Below, piece after piece: positions 1 through 13,429 of a stretch of 64,000 bases of DNA (position 1 is the stretch's first letter; every line of letters begins with the position of its first letter). Source of the stretch: Marsupella aquatica (Eukaryota; Plantae; Marchantiophyta); the NCBI GenBank assembly GCA_973895155.1, contig OZ316896.1, positions 2,728,001-2,792,000 on the forward strand, given 5' to 3'. The notes under the pieces are model-generated. The model saw only the letters and a list, made by a program, of their open reading frames with translations. It did not search any database and had not been told where the DNA came from. Position numbers and translations under genes: made by a program.

Positions 1-3000
1 TAGCCCATTCAAAGCCGGGGAGCAGGATTACGGCGTATAAAGCAAACCCTTGGTTTGGTTCTCGATGTCTCTTAGTATGAGTCTACTTTCAAAAGTGGGC
101 AAAGAGTAGTCGACAGAGTGCTTGAAGCCTCTCAGTATAGAACGCGCATTCATTCGCTGGAGTGTGGAAATTTGGGAGAGTAAGGTTACACGGAATAAGT
201 GAATGGAACTGACTGATGCCCTTCGGAATCATGTTATGTAGATACCCTGATGACTGCAGAGAGCTGGTTGGGTCTTCTCTTCTCTCATCGAAAGGCGGTC
301 AAATCCTCTTGCTGCGATCAAATTATTTGAGTTTGGTCCACCACTCCTGGACTGGAACGCCCTCCCTCCTAAATTGTCCGGTCTCCCCCATCCGTTTACA
401 TTACTTACTTATCTATGCTCGTCTCGTGCACGCCAAGCTGAAATGATTCATGTTCTCGTGGGCTTTTCCACTTTGAACCACAGCAAACCGAGTTTCTCAT
501 GATTATAATTTACTCTTTCCCGGGAACGGGAAGTGGCATCAATTTCCTATTTTGTGTCACAAATCTGTGATGATCACTCTTCTCGTTAGATGACAGAATT
601 ATCAGAGCTCTTCGTCTTGCACACACCTCGGTCGCCCTTCAGTGAGGCCGTTTTCCGCGGCCGCCATCTGCCATTTATTATCATTTTCGTGCACTTGTCC
701 TCTCGAATTCCCCCGTTCTCAAGTGTTTTTCAGTACTGCTTAGGAACGCCCATCTCAGTCGTCGCTTGCCCATGTACTACTCCCTCATGACGATGGAGGA
801 CGACAATGCAGTAGCTGCTGTTGAAGGCTGGCTAGGTGAGAATGATAGGAACAACAGTTACAGGTCAACAATAGTGCCAATAAATGTGTATGTATTGTGC
901 AAGCCGTGCATAGGTCCGGAATTATCATGGAGGGGGCGTCACTTTACCGTATCACAACTCACCAACCGAAATTCGGACAGATTGAATAAACGTTTGAGCA
1001 ACCATCATCATCCTGAGGTACAATAATTGCGTGTAATGCGATTCCGACGTACGGAGAGAGAGAGAGAGGGTGAGCTGCATGTAGCTAAAAGCTAAAGACA
1101 CTCAAGCAGCACAGCTTCAGTCGTGCCTCCGATCACGTTTCTCTCTTCGGTAGTTCCATCAAATCCATTTCATACAGGAGGTTGCCGCAGAAAGAAGAAC
1201 TCTTGTACCGTTGAAACTCCGAGGAAAGCTATCAAGGCCATTTAGGCCAGGTACATAGTGATGCAGAGAAGTTCCCACAGAGCTCTATATGAAGTGAAAG
1301 ATCCATACGGATCATATGAAGCTGAGCTACCTACCGTGAAGCTTCGCACGATATTTCTCCTGTAAACTTTTAATGTTTTGCATTGAAGGGGGTGTTCGTC
1401 GTCTCAGTGTCGAAAGGACTGGGAGTTGAGAAACGAATGAGAGGGCTTTGTGTGGAGAGCATTGACGGGACGGGATGGTACGACTTGGAGGGCTAAATCA
1501 TGGAGAAATTTCGAATGGCGATTCTGAAGCCAGGATTACAATTTGCTCGGATTACAGTCTTTCTTTCAACAGGCTATGACGATTTTCAGTCAGATATAGG
1601 AAAGGAAGGCGCTTCTCAATACACACTAGGTTAGTTCTAGGCAAAATATCTTGAAGGAAGAGGTTTAAGTAAAGAGGCGCTTGTAAGTAAGAGGTTGCAA
1701 TTTTAGTTCATGTTGAACTCTATTATTCTTTCATCCAATGTTACGTTTGACAGGTGGTTCAGTTAATGATTTGGTTTTCAAAGTTCGTGTTACACATTGG
1801 ACCTGCTGCGAGCTAGTTTTGAGGGATGGCTTCCGGTTTCACGGGTGGTTTACTTCATATTAGAACCGTCTACTTCAATTATCTGTATGGCATTTGCATG
1901 ATTTTACCTAGACTCGTTATCTTCCTTAGCAAAAATATCAAATCAGTATATTGGCCCAGGCATACCTCGTGGGGATAGAGAGGTGGCGTCAATGTCCCTT
2001 TCAGTAGTTAAATGTTGACAAATTCATACCTTCAGGAGTGAGGATAAACATATTTCTCACAGGTGAAAATTTGCTGAATTTCGCTGAAAATCTTTGCCTG
2101 CCCCACTTTTTTAGGATGGTGAAAACTTGCATAAGCCATATCCTATCTCGGTTAAAAATCTTAGCCAGTAGATCATTGACGCATTCCACAAAACGAAATA
2201 GAGAGAAAAGTTTCCTTCAAAATCAGGCGTCAGTGAAGGGTGAGAATTGCCTTCGATAATAGGGCAGTAGATATGAAACAAATGCCTCTATTCACTAAAA
2301 TGCCGACCCTAAACCCTATGCTTGTTACCTGTACTTCGCCTCAGAGCACGAAACAGACATCGCGGAAGGTGCTTGGTATCAATATCGTCTGCGACCTTTG
2401 TTTAAGTTGAAATGTCAAGTTGATGTCATCACCCCAGTTTTAAGACTGTAAATGTCACGTTGATGTCCATATCTTCAATGAGATTCACATTGATCTCAAA
2501 TTGCAAAAAACCAGTGGCACATTCAAATCCTTTCCGAAGACAACATTCTTTCGGACCAATTGTCCCTTAACAAAGACTAAGACACTCCTAAATCACCTAG
2601 AGAATACCCTGTACAGAGCTATAAGAATGTTGAAAACTGACTAGGAATTGAAGAAAGGTTGATTTTTTCTTACAGACTTTCTATTCGACCCAACCCTACT
2701 AAAAGGGTCCACCACTATAACTAGAGTTGTTCCACGATGAGACAAAAATTTAAGAGTTTAAATAATGGTAACCCCTGCCTGATGACGAAGGAATCTCCGA
2801 TACCAAATTTGCCAGATAATTGGAGTACGAAACACGAGAACACCTAAAATACTGACGTCAACTTACGATGCATCCTTGCATGAAGGATTACTAGATGCCG
2901 ACAGATGAACGCTGCTAGCTGGATTGGTTCAAGGCAGGCCGTCCTTGTTAAATGTTATGAACTGCTTGTGGCTCACATTGTTTAAAACTCTAGTGCCATA

Positions 3001-3139
3001 GGTTCATATCTTATATTTCGGATTCCTCAAACGTTGTGCAGACAGCAGACCGAGGAGGTGCCTTGGTAAACAGCTTAAACAATGATTATGGTACACATTG
3101 ACTAGATCCAATGAAAGAATGACAGTATTCCCTCAAAAG

Positions 3140-6100
3140 TTACAAAATTGGGTCTGGAGGCTTCTCATACTTCTTCACCATATCGTGCAACCGAATGCCT
3201 GCACCTTTTGTGAACTTTCTCGCAAACAAGTAGCATGGGCGCGGCTCACCATTTGAGCTACACCACTCAATCCGGGATTCCGTCACGTAGTTGACTTTAA
3301 TGATGCCCTACAAGACAATCGCAAACTATCAGAACAATTGCGAAGTCACCTGATCCATTTCTCGACATACAAAAATAGCACAACTTCCACCTTCTTAGTA
3401 CCCCTCCCAATATCCATGAGACTAAAACTTACCACATTTGCTTCGGAACACTATCCAGTAAAGGAAAATCAACACTAATCTTACGACATTGACAATGCAT
3501 GAAAACTGAGCAAAATAAATCATACGGCAAAGGGTGGAACATTGGAAAATTTGCGAGACTCGAACTGGACGCTAAGCTTTCAGCATCTAAAGCGTATCAG
3601 TGACCTCCACTTAGCCTCTAGTAAATTTGTTGGACATCACGGTCCCAAGACACCTCAGCAATTATTGTTTGACTTCAATGACATACCTGAATTTCTTTGA
3701 TTGCTAGCAACGTAGCATCTGGATAATTGAAGGTAACAGGATGCCACCCTTTCCTGTCACGCTCCTCATCATAATCCTTCCACCGACTAAAAGTGAGAGT
3801 CCTACGCTCAATCTCCTCCTCATGTCCTAGAATCTGCGGAGAGGTCACAAAGAGAATGAACCTCCTATCAGAAATTAAGACTCTCGGTACTTTGCATAAA
3901 TTATCCTCTTGCAGAAACTGCGTCCTTTTGTGTTAAAAATGTAAAATGCATTAAACTCTAGAGAGGAGAAAACCAGTCAAAGGCGTAGGCCATTCAAACA
4001 AGTGTAACAGGATGCCAATTGCAGAAATTACGACGCGAGGATGTAGCAGAACCAACAACATTCTGGGAATTGACATCAAAGAGAATATATAAAGGCTTTG
4101 CAAACGTAGAACTAAAGGTGTATCACAATTATTACGAAAGAAGTGACGGAACTCACAGCTAGTAAAGTTTGTATGTAGTGCTCATCTGGTATACAGTTGC
4201 TCTCTTCGGTTTGATTCTGAATCCATCGAGATACCAGTCAAGAAATCAGTCCAAATAAGTGGTGTTGAAGCTAGTAGGAACTCTCCAAGCCTGTGAACGC
4301 TTTTCTAATAGGAAAAGATAGTAAAAGCCATTGGGAAGTAGATTAAGAAACTCACATCAGTACGCCAATATTCTGGCAATGACAATCTCTGCAAGAAAAA
4401 GTCCAACTGTCAAGTGGTGCCCTTTGAACTACCTTCTACAGGATGACAAATCTTAAGCAACAGCCCACTTGCCAACGTTTCATGAACCGAAGTAAGCACC
4501 ATGGCCACCTTCCGATTACCTTACAATGTTGCTGAAAGATTGGAAATATAGTCTTATCCGCAACAACTGCCTCCGCATGTGTTCGTATTAATACAAACCA
4601 CTGTCACAATATACCAGCTCCATGCAAGTCAGACATCTGATTTTTAAAACAAAAAAAACGATGCCTCTAGTCATCGCTCTAAATTTTCTCGATTAAGGAC
4701 ACCAAACCTACTCTAAGAAGAACGCACTTAGAAGAACCATGAAGGAGACCGGTTCAGCGTCCTGCACCCATCAACATCTATCACATAGGTAGATTGTTTT
4801 GCATAGGATCGGGATAATTACAGCACACACCTGGGATCCCTTTCTCCATCTATCTTCCTTAATTTCAGGTGCCATCCGTGGATTGTATCGGTCATCGTTG
4901 TAGTCAATAAAGCTGCAGAAATATTGAGGAGACAGAAACAACGCCACAAGTTAGTTTCTGAAGGTTTTGCTACTTCTTTAAGGTCGGTAATCCCAGATCT
5001 CGGGAAAAAGAGAATACATCCAAAAGGTTAACACAGCCTGCAGAAGCCTGTAATGATAAGATTCTCGAATATACAATCAGCTAAACTTAAACTCGAATCC
5101 AAATCCCATATACTCAATTCATGTTCTCAGATGGGTCGAAGAAAAACCTCCTGACAGCTAAAAACCCTAGGCGGAGCCCTCAAAGGATTGTGATGCAGAA
5201 AATCCAAGCAAACATTGCGCATTTTAAGTACTGTTGGCGGTCTCATACCTGTCAATAAAACTCTTGGGAGATGTCATGACGTAGTCGTATACGTACTTGA
5301 AAGTATACAAAGGTATGCAGCTGCAACTCAGGGCCACGTTCGATTAGGTGGATAGTCAGTGCGTAGTCTGACCCACAAATCGCCCCATTCCCCATTCCAA
5401 ACAACAATGGGGTACAGCTCATATTGGAACCATGAGGAAAACAAGACAACAAATTCGCTATACGTGCTTCGCATTTCCTCGACGAAATAACAACAGGGGA
5501 TGCCTCCAATAATAAAATCGCAATTAAGAGAAAACACGGATTGCCTGTTTGATTGACAGACTGAAACGTACAAATGCACAAAACATTTCATGAGCTGAAT
5601 CTATTACCTGTCAGACAGCAATAAGAACCGTTCATTCTTAGGGTCCACTAGTGCAGCAGACAATAGTAATCGCTCGGCTTCTATCATCGTTGCTCCCCCC
5701 CACTCTACCTGCATCGACAACAGCGCCTTCTTTCTCAAGAATAGGACCAAAATTTCGGGTAGACACTTAATAATTCTACTCAACAAAGACAGACCGCATC
5801 CATCTGGTAGTGCTCCGCAAAGCCATGGAATTATACTTCTCCATTTAGGACTGAATATGAGAGAACAAATAATCCCCCTTGTACGGAGTACCAAAGGTCC
5901 TGAAGGGGCGGTAAAAGGTAATGCGCGCAACAATCACAGTACCTCTACGCTGTTCGGAAGTTGTCGGTTATAGAAAGCTTTGCACTCTGTGTTCTTCCTA
6001 GTGTATACATATCCAGGCCTAGCATGGATATATACAGAATATTCATCAGCTTGAGCGCCCTGTACATTTCATCAATAATTCAGTGTTAGACATTATGCCA

Positions 6101-6717
6101 ACGATTTGCTCCATACGAAAGAAAACATTCGAGGAATCAATTAACATGGCAGTTGAGGATTAAGATATCTTGGTGATACAAAACCCAACACCAAGTACGA
6201 AGCTAGAAACAAGAAATGTTTTGGAGAATATGATATACAGCCGATCCACGTAGTACAGCTAGTATTTCACATAGCAGAAGCTTACAGAAGAGCGGCCGGT
6301 ACTTTACTTTTACAGATAAGTATATAGCTTTCCAGCATAGTGACTTTTGAGCTACAGAAAAATCCACTAACCCCAATGCTAGTATAAATCGGCAGTTATC
6401 TTCTAGCAAATTGCAATTGTTTTTACTTGGGGCCACACACTGCTTGAACAACTTGTTACCTTAAAGAAATGAGACCAGAGAAAGTCCAAGGGCATTTGGT
6501 TCCGAGCGAGAAAGAGAAATGCAATCTTCGCCTTAGTTGTTGGTACTTCATCTGCAAAGGTACTGATGAATTCGTTCTCTTCAGTTGGTGAAAGGACTCC
6601 CTGAAACTTTGTGACTCCCAGAAACACAACAATGCCCAACACTACTAGAATCCCCAGTCGCCATCTCCAGATAGAATAGCCGTGAATCCTTCTCCTCATC
6701 GCTGGTGAAGTTCCCAT
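3140..6717 (-). CDS. DUF266 / Core-2/I-branching GlcNAc-transferase-like (BC10-like) Golgi glycosyltransferase, 10 coding exons
   Basis: Exons 6717-6460, 6059-5943, 5708-5608, 5320-5249, 4912-4831, 4600-4520, 4388-4356, 4216-4157, 3833-3687, 3307-3140, all GT-AG and in phase. N-terminal TM segment, then family motifs KIAFLFL, YSVYIH, VEWGGATMIEAERLLL, NERFLLLSDSCIPL, WRKGSQW, NCIPDEHY, CYLFARKF. Confidence 0.93.
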
Positions 6718-8057
6718 GTGCGGAACACCTTCATGCAATTAAAAGAGAAGCCACAGTCAACTTTGATGATGTATATCGGACAGAAGAAAGGGGCTGGGAG
6801 GCAGTATGGTCAAAAGGCGATGAACCTCGGCATCATAGACTTATAAACAGGTTCTGTACCAAAACATATACATCTTTTTATACAGAATAACCATGGGAAA
6901 AACATTCACGGGCACGTTTCCTAACAGACCAGAGCTTGCTGCTCTCTGCTCTGGAACGAAGAGAGATCGCTAAGCGGGTCATCGAACTTGTTATACTGAA
7001 ACCTCATGTGAGTATCTGTTCTAGCTAGGGTCCATCTCGTCATTATACAAATGACCACAACTGCATACGGCTTTAAGCTGCTATGAGAGTTGTTTCAAAT
7101 TAGCAGCGTAGGAAGACTTGGGTAACAGAAAAACCTTACATTCCCATGATCGTCGAACTTATAACAATCCCCATAAAATATTATTGTGACTCGTGTAGTT
7201 ACTAAGATTACAACAATCGAGGTCAAGGGAATCTTTAACAAATGTCATTCTTCATTCGAAGAAGCACTAAGCATCTACAGGGGACCGGAAAATTGTGTCA
7301 CGCGTGATACCGACAAAAGCTCACAGTGCCAATGTTCACATAATAGTCAAGGACTATTGCCCTCTCAAAATTAAGTTCAGGTTATGCATCTCCAGGCTCA
7401 GTACAGTTCCAGCAACACAGGAAGCAGCCCTCTCCGTCCTCATTACTGGTAAGATCCCCGAAGAGCTGACCCTGGAGACGGAACCCTAACCACAAAATCA
7501 CACGAGGTCGAGATCCAACGCACAGTGTGCTGCTACAGAATACACAAAGACGAGGAAAAGAGCGAATTGTCCGGACACAACAAGACTTGACAAACACTCT
7601 CGCGCAAAATGCGTCCACGGACCTCAAATTGAATTTTGAACTAGACGAAGTTCGATGATATTGTTACAAGCAAGAATCAAGAAATTTTGGTAAGAGTGAG
7701 GTGGAAGACATCAAAAACAGAACACCAAGATGCAAGAAATCACCTTGCTAGAGACAGCAGCCGTTAACATCAAAGAGATCTGCAATTAGATACGCGCTTT
7801 GGGGGAGGGTGCAGCCTCACCACCGTGCCGTCAGCAACAATCCCAACCCACGGACGAGCGCTCGTTCCATCTCTTTCCATTGGAACTTACCATACCCTGT
7901 TGTTGTCCGCGGACATCATCAGGATTAATCCCCTGCGCGTCCAAAGAGCAAGAAAACGTCACTTCCAACTCACTACTAACACCGCTGGATCCTTCCGTCC
8001 CCAGCAATGCAACCCGCGGAAAATCCGGCCTAAGCCATACACCAATTCACTCCCACT

Positions 8058-8082
8058 ACTCTCTCTCTCTCTCTCTCTCTCT
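8058..8082 (+). repeat. (CT)n microsatellite, probably in the 5' UTR region of the glycosyltransferase gene
   Basis: About 12 CT units. A putative minus-strand UTR-exon donor (CAAG|GTGA) lies near 7743. Confidence 0.85.
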
Positions 8083-9677
8083 GAGGACGCAACAGAGGCG
8101 ACAACCGCACGGCGGGAAACGAAACCGACGGCTGTTGCCGAGCAAAGAAGCTTTTTTGCATCTACAGCTAAACCACAACACGAGCTACTGATAGGTAGGA
8201 GAACCGTTGCTGACCACTAGCAAAAGAAAATCGGAAACATGTCAGGGAGCTGAAACCAAAAGCGGAGTCGAGTCATCGACGTGAAAGGCTCGACCGTCAC
8301 CAGAATCGGTCCAGTAGTGCTCAGACATCGTGTAGGAGGTCGACGTTGAAGGCGTGCACGCCGGGCACAGACGATTTTTATTGCGAAAAGCAGTTGCAGA
8401 TCGGCAACAATGCCTCTTCTCCGTGCTCCAATTTCACGAGGAAAAAAACCTTCGCTTCGCACGTCGCCAGTAATGGCCTCACTAGTACTTCGTACATCAC
8501 GAACGCAGACAAACGAACAAAACAGAACACAGAGAGAGAGAGGCAGAGAAAGAAAAGCCTTTCCCGGAATCGCTCGGAAGGTCCGGTCTCAACCCGGACG
8601 CAACCGGAAGAGATGCGGAATCATCCAGTCTCGAGGCGCCAGATAAGCATGGAGACCGTTTTAGCCAGTCGTCGTACCGGGAGCGCTGACGAAGCGAGTA
8701 AACTCGACCGGTCCCCGCCGGTCGTGACAAGGAGGTGACCGGCCATTCGGGACTGGCTGGAGTGGTGGGAGCCAATCAAGAGGCCACGCAGCCGGTAACT
8801 ACCGGTTGAGGGTTCTCAACGTGACTTTGGCACGGGCCCCTCTCAAGTGTTTTGCAGTGGTTGGGGGCGCTCATTACCCGTTGATCATGACGGTGGTACC
8901 GGTTAGCTTATATTTATTTCCAGAACAATAATAATGCTTGTTGTTGCTTGCACGATAGATCAGTTAGTGGTGGCCTGGTGGGGTTCTCCAAAGTGTGGGG
9001 CCTGCATTAGATATCAATCATTGAAACTTTTGTCTGAGTCATATTCGCTAGTGGGATATTCGGTTTGTATTTCAATAACATATTCCCCTACTCAAAATGC
9101 CCCCCAGAGTATCTAATTTTGTCAAAAGACCAACTGAAAATGCTTCAATAGTATCTACTGTAACTACAAGTGAAGACTTAAGAAACCTATGATAGGATTC
9201 CCAACCATAACAAACGTATCAGTATATTTTTTGCTCTAATTTTCTCTTATTTTCTCGAAAGGAACGCTTTACTAATAAGAAAAGCAAAACCCAATAAAGA
9301 CACGGCTTAACAGAACCCAAACAAGTCAAAGACCAATAACCACTCAAGACCCCAACCACATTGAGTCATGAGGGTAACGATAGGAGAGTGACTAGAGGTG
9401 AAAAGTAAAGTAACAAAAAGTCACACACCCAAATGTCCAACTAAACAACTGACTCAGTCCAAAGAACAGGAAGAATCCACCAAATAACTACGATCTGAGC
9501 ATCCATCTCAACCAAAAATCCAAATAAAGGATGTGCTATGTGCAAGAACAAAACCAAGAAAAGAAAAATAAACTCTTGGATCACAAAAGTAAAGTGAATC
9601 TAAGTAAAAGAAAGCACACAAGTGTTCGAGGTGGATTAAAAGTATTTCACCAGGAAAAAAGCCACCATTATAGTCGA

Positions 9678-11239
9678 CTAGCTCAATACCTGTGCGTTGC
9701 ACAAAAGAAGTCGTGTAGGCCAAGATGTCATTGAGAAAAAATGATGTAATGTCAGCCAAGAGGTCGTGGAGAAAAAAGATGTAGTGTTGCCTAGGAGGTC
9801 GTGGAGAGAAAAGATGTCGTGTTGCCCAAGAGGTTGTGGAGAGAAAAGATATCGTGTTGCCCAAGAGGTCGTTGAGAGAAACGATGCCATGTCGCGCAAG
9901 AGGTCGTTGAGAGTAAAGATGTCGTGTCGCCCAAGAGGTCATTGAGAGAAAAGTAGTTGTGTTGGTCAAGATGTCGTTGAGAAAAAAAGATGTTGTATTG
10001 GCCAAGAGGTCGTTGGAAGAAAAAATGTAGTGTCAACCAAGAGGTCATGGAGAAAAAAGATGTCTTGTCACCCAAGATGTCGTTGAGAAAAAATTGTCAT
10101 GTTGGCGAAGATGTTGTTGAGAAAAAAACGTTGTGTCGGCCAAGACATCGTTCACAGAAAATACCCGTGCGTTGCACAAAAGATGTTGTTAAGAAATAAG
10201 ATGTCGTGTTGCCCAAGATGTTGTTAAGTGAAAGATGTCACAAAGTAAAAAGATGACTTAAAAAAAAGTAGTTTTGCCAAACATGCCATTGTGTGAAAGA
10301 TGTTATTAAGAAAAATGTGTCATTTTGCCAAAGATATTGTGAAGTAAAAGATGTTAAAAGAAAAATGGTGTTGTTTCACCCAAGCTATCTTTCTGTGAAA
10401 GATGTTATGAAATAAAAAAATCAAGGAAACTAAGAAGGAGTGAGTCTTTTTCTTTGTTTTGTTTTTTTACCCAAAATGCCCATGCATTTGAATGGTGACC
10501 ACTATAAATTGGAGCAACGTTATATTATCGGTTTCAGGTTTAGTGTTTTAGGGTTTAGCAAAGATGACCATTCTCTAGATATCCTTTCAATCCCCGTGCG
10601 TTGCATAATAGATGTTGTTTGGTTAAAGATGTTGTTGAGAAATAGATTGTACGTGGTGCAAAATATAATCGTTGAATAAAAATAATAATTGTTAAAATAC
10701 ATTATTATACAAAAACTTTTGTTGAGTGAAAGATATCATTGTGCAAAATAGAAATTGGGGTCCATGCAAGATAACTAAAAATTAACTAACTTCCAAAGAG
10801 TTAAATCTCCTTTTTAAGAGCAAAAGCCAAAATAATATAATGTCAACCTACTCTCTTCCCCTTAGTGCTCGCTCCCAACCAAAACCATTATCTCAAGTAA
10901 ATCTTTTCACTTTCATGCCCCATGCCAAATGTACTCTAAATTAATAGACCATAAAATAATATACTTACACTTTAATGCTCCATGCCAAAAAGTATTATAC
11001 TCAAGCTACAAAATAACTATGCAAGTACTTTATGACATATTATATCTACCTTCTACTATAACTTAGATACCTATCTTGTACTATAACTTACAGCCAATTT
11101 TAGGTTCCCATCTCACTCAATCCAAGAGCCATAAATAATTCTAGAAAATATCTGATGGCTTAGTTTTGTTCCCTCCTTTTTCATTTTTGTAACGGGAGGA
11201 AGGACTAAAACTGGCGGGATTAGTTATTATAGTAGTAGA
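9678..11239 (-). mobile_element. Non-autonomous Helitron (copy A)
   Basis: Minus-strand 5' end A|TCTACTACTATAATAACTAATCCCGCC at 11239. 3' hairpin TGTGCAACGCACA, then ...CTAG|T ending at 9678. Inserted between A and T with no TSD and no RepHel ORF. Confidence 0.82.
9705..10410. repeat. Degenerate ~20/40-bp minisatellite inside Helitron A
   Basis: Repeated 'gagaaaagatgtcgtgttgcccaagaggtcgt'-like units. These explain the spurious repetitive ORFs at 9508-10199. Confidence 0.85.
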
Positions 11240-13429
11240 TAAAGACCTCCTTCACAACCAAAGTCTTTCTCCGCATTGCCAACCAACTCCAACCAGCAAT
11301 GTTCATCCTTCTTCTCATAATGAGTTATCCCCTCCGTTCACTAAATTTTCACACAAAGTTAGATTTCTTGATTGCGAGCTTGAGAGCTCTTGATTAGAAT
11401 ACCCATTTCAGACATTCTTGCCGCCTCCTATTCCATAGAACACTCACATTCCGTGATCGCCAATTAGTAATCCCGCGAGCAAGATGCCAGAGCTTAAGAG
11501 GAACACCGCTTTGCCTTGTAAGTTGAGCCCCTAGAATGCATGAATATCCTCAAATTGAAATGGGAGGACGTGCAGCAATAAAGCTCTCAATAATTGGTGC
11601 ACTCCCATCCAAATTTGCTCAGATTCAGGACAATCATGACCATTGACTGTGATGTGACATAAGGGTTTAGATTACACAATTGGAAAATTAGATTATTTTT
11701 CATTTTTGGATAGAAAGGTAAGAATGGATCAATGGAGAGCCTAGAGAAAACTTTTTTCATACTAAAGTTATTATTCGTTTGTCACCCTATAATTGAATTT
11801 CTCAGTAAGGAGGGTCAAAACAGAAAGTGCAACCAAAAACTCTAGACGATGGATTTATGGAAATTTAACTTGAATGACATGCTACTACTGTGTACAGTGG
11901 ATAAGTGCAGTGTGTGTAACTGCATTCCATGGTAACTGCAGGGTGGTCGTGTCGTCCCTCAATAATACAGCATATTCTTTTGAAAATGCACCCAAAAATG
12001 CACCGTTTGTCTATAAGAGTACAGATGAATTAAAATCAATGACTGCAACACATATGTTAGAAAGCATTTATTAATAAGTGCAGCAGACAACGACATATTG
12101 TAGTTTCATGCTCTTATCCAGTTCAACTGTGCACTACAAGGATTCTGTGTATGAGAAGTCGATGCATATGACCTGACAAGACATATATGATTTCATAAGC
12201 ACTTATTGGAAAGTACAAGAGACACATATGGAGAAATGCAACATGCACTTATGATGAAGTGCATAACGTGGACAAGTGCAGGCTTGGGGTGTCTTCCCGA
12301 GAGCCTGCACCTAGACACAGGAGGCTGTATTTTCATTTTCTACTGTGCTTTGTTGTAATAATACCATGTGGTTGGGCCAACCCTGATTTATAGGTGTTGA
12401 ACCATCCGTGTTTGTGCCACTGTTGTCTTTGGGATTTGACTTCCGTTTGTGGCCACCCATGCTTGCTCCAAATGTCCTCTACTCTGCCTTAGAAGAGATT
12501 GAAGCTTTGGAATTATATTCAAATTAAGCCTCAAGGTGATAGAAGGAAACTTTCTAGGAATCACAAGAGAGTTAGGATTCTTGCAATTGGACTTTCAAAC
12601 TTGTTGGGCATACTTAGTGAATAACCTAGTCTATTTACTGTAGGTTAGTTTTGATTCACAGTCTAATTACACTCATTATGTTACTTTTAACATAGATAGT
12701 TTCATTGGGATTTCATTTGAGAAGGCATATATTCTCATATCTCTTTTTTGGCTTCACTTTATGAGGATATGAGGAAGGCGACACCATGTCACACTTTAAA
12801 TTACATTCCATTTCTTCATTGAATACTTTGGAAGAAGTTATGTTATTCCTTCTTTTTATTGAGTAAAGAGAAGAAATTCAACTGCTTTGGTGTTATGAAC
12901 TGTCAATGTCAGCTTGTGTGTGTCCATGATTTGTTAGCTGATCAAAGTGTGACTTACAAATATGAAAGATTCACCAATGCAAACCTCAAATTTGCATAAG
13001 CATCAAAATAAGAAATTTGGATGTAATAGGAAAAGTATGATGATTTGAACAAGTATCTCAGTATTAATGGAGGCCAGAAAGAAGTCATAGTTCATCCTAA
13101 AATGAATTTTCTAAATTCATAAAGATGATGGATTTTTATTGTAATTGTCATTTTTTAGAAAATCAAGTTTATTTTTAAATTGGCATGAGTATGATGAGCT
13201 TGGTTATAACAAATCTTAAATTATGCCACTGGCCTATGAGATGAAGTTGTGATTGACATTGAATTATACTAGCCCAGATCAAGCTGTTATGAAAAATATA
13301 TTGTTGCCTTTGCATTGTTCTCTCAATGTCAACACCTCACCAATTACATTTGTGAGTATCAGAATAACACTAAACCAATATCAATGCAAATGCCACAAGT
13401 CCTAACTCTATGTATTCTACGTTTTGAAA

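Noticed and set aside
9508-10199. Overlapping repetitive ORFs
   Set aside because: Translations of the Helitron A minisatellite; low complexity in several frames.
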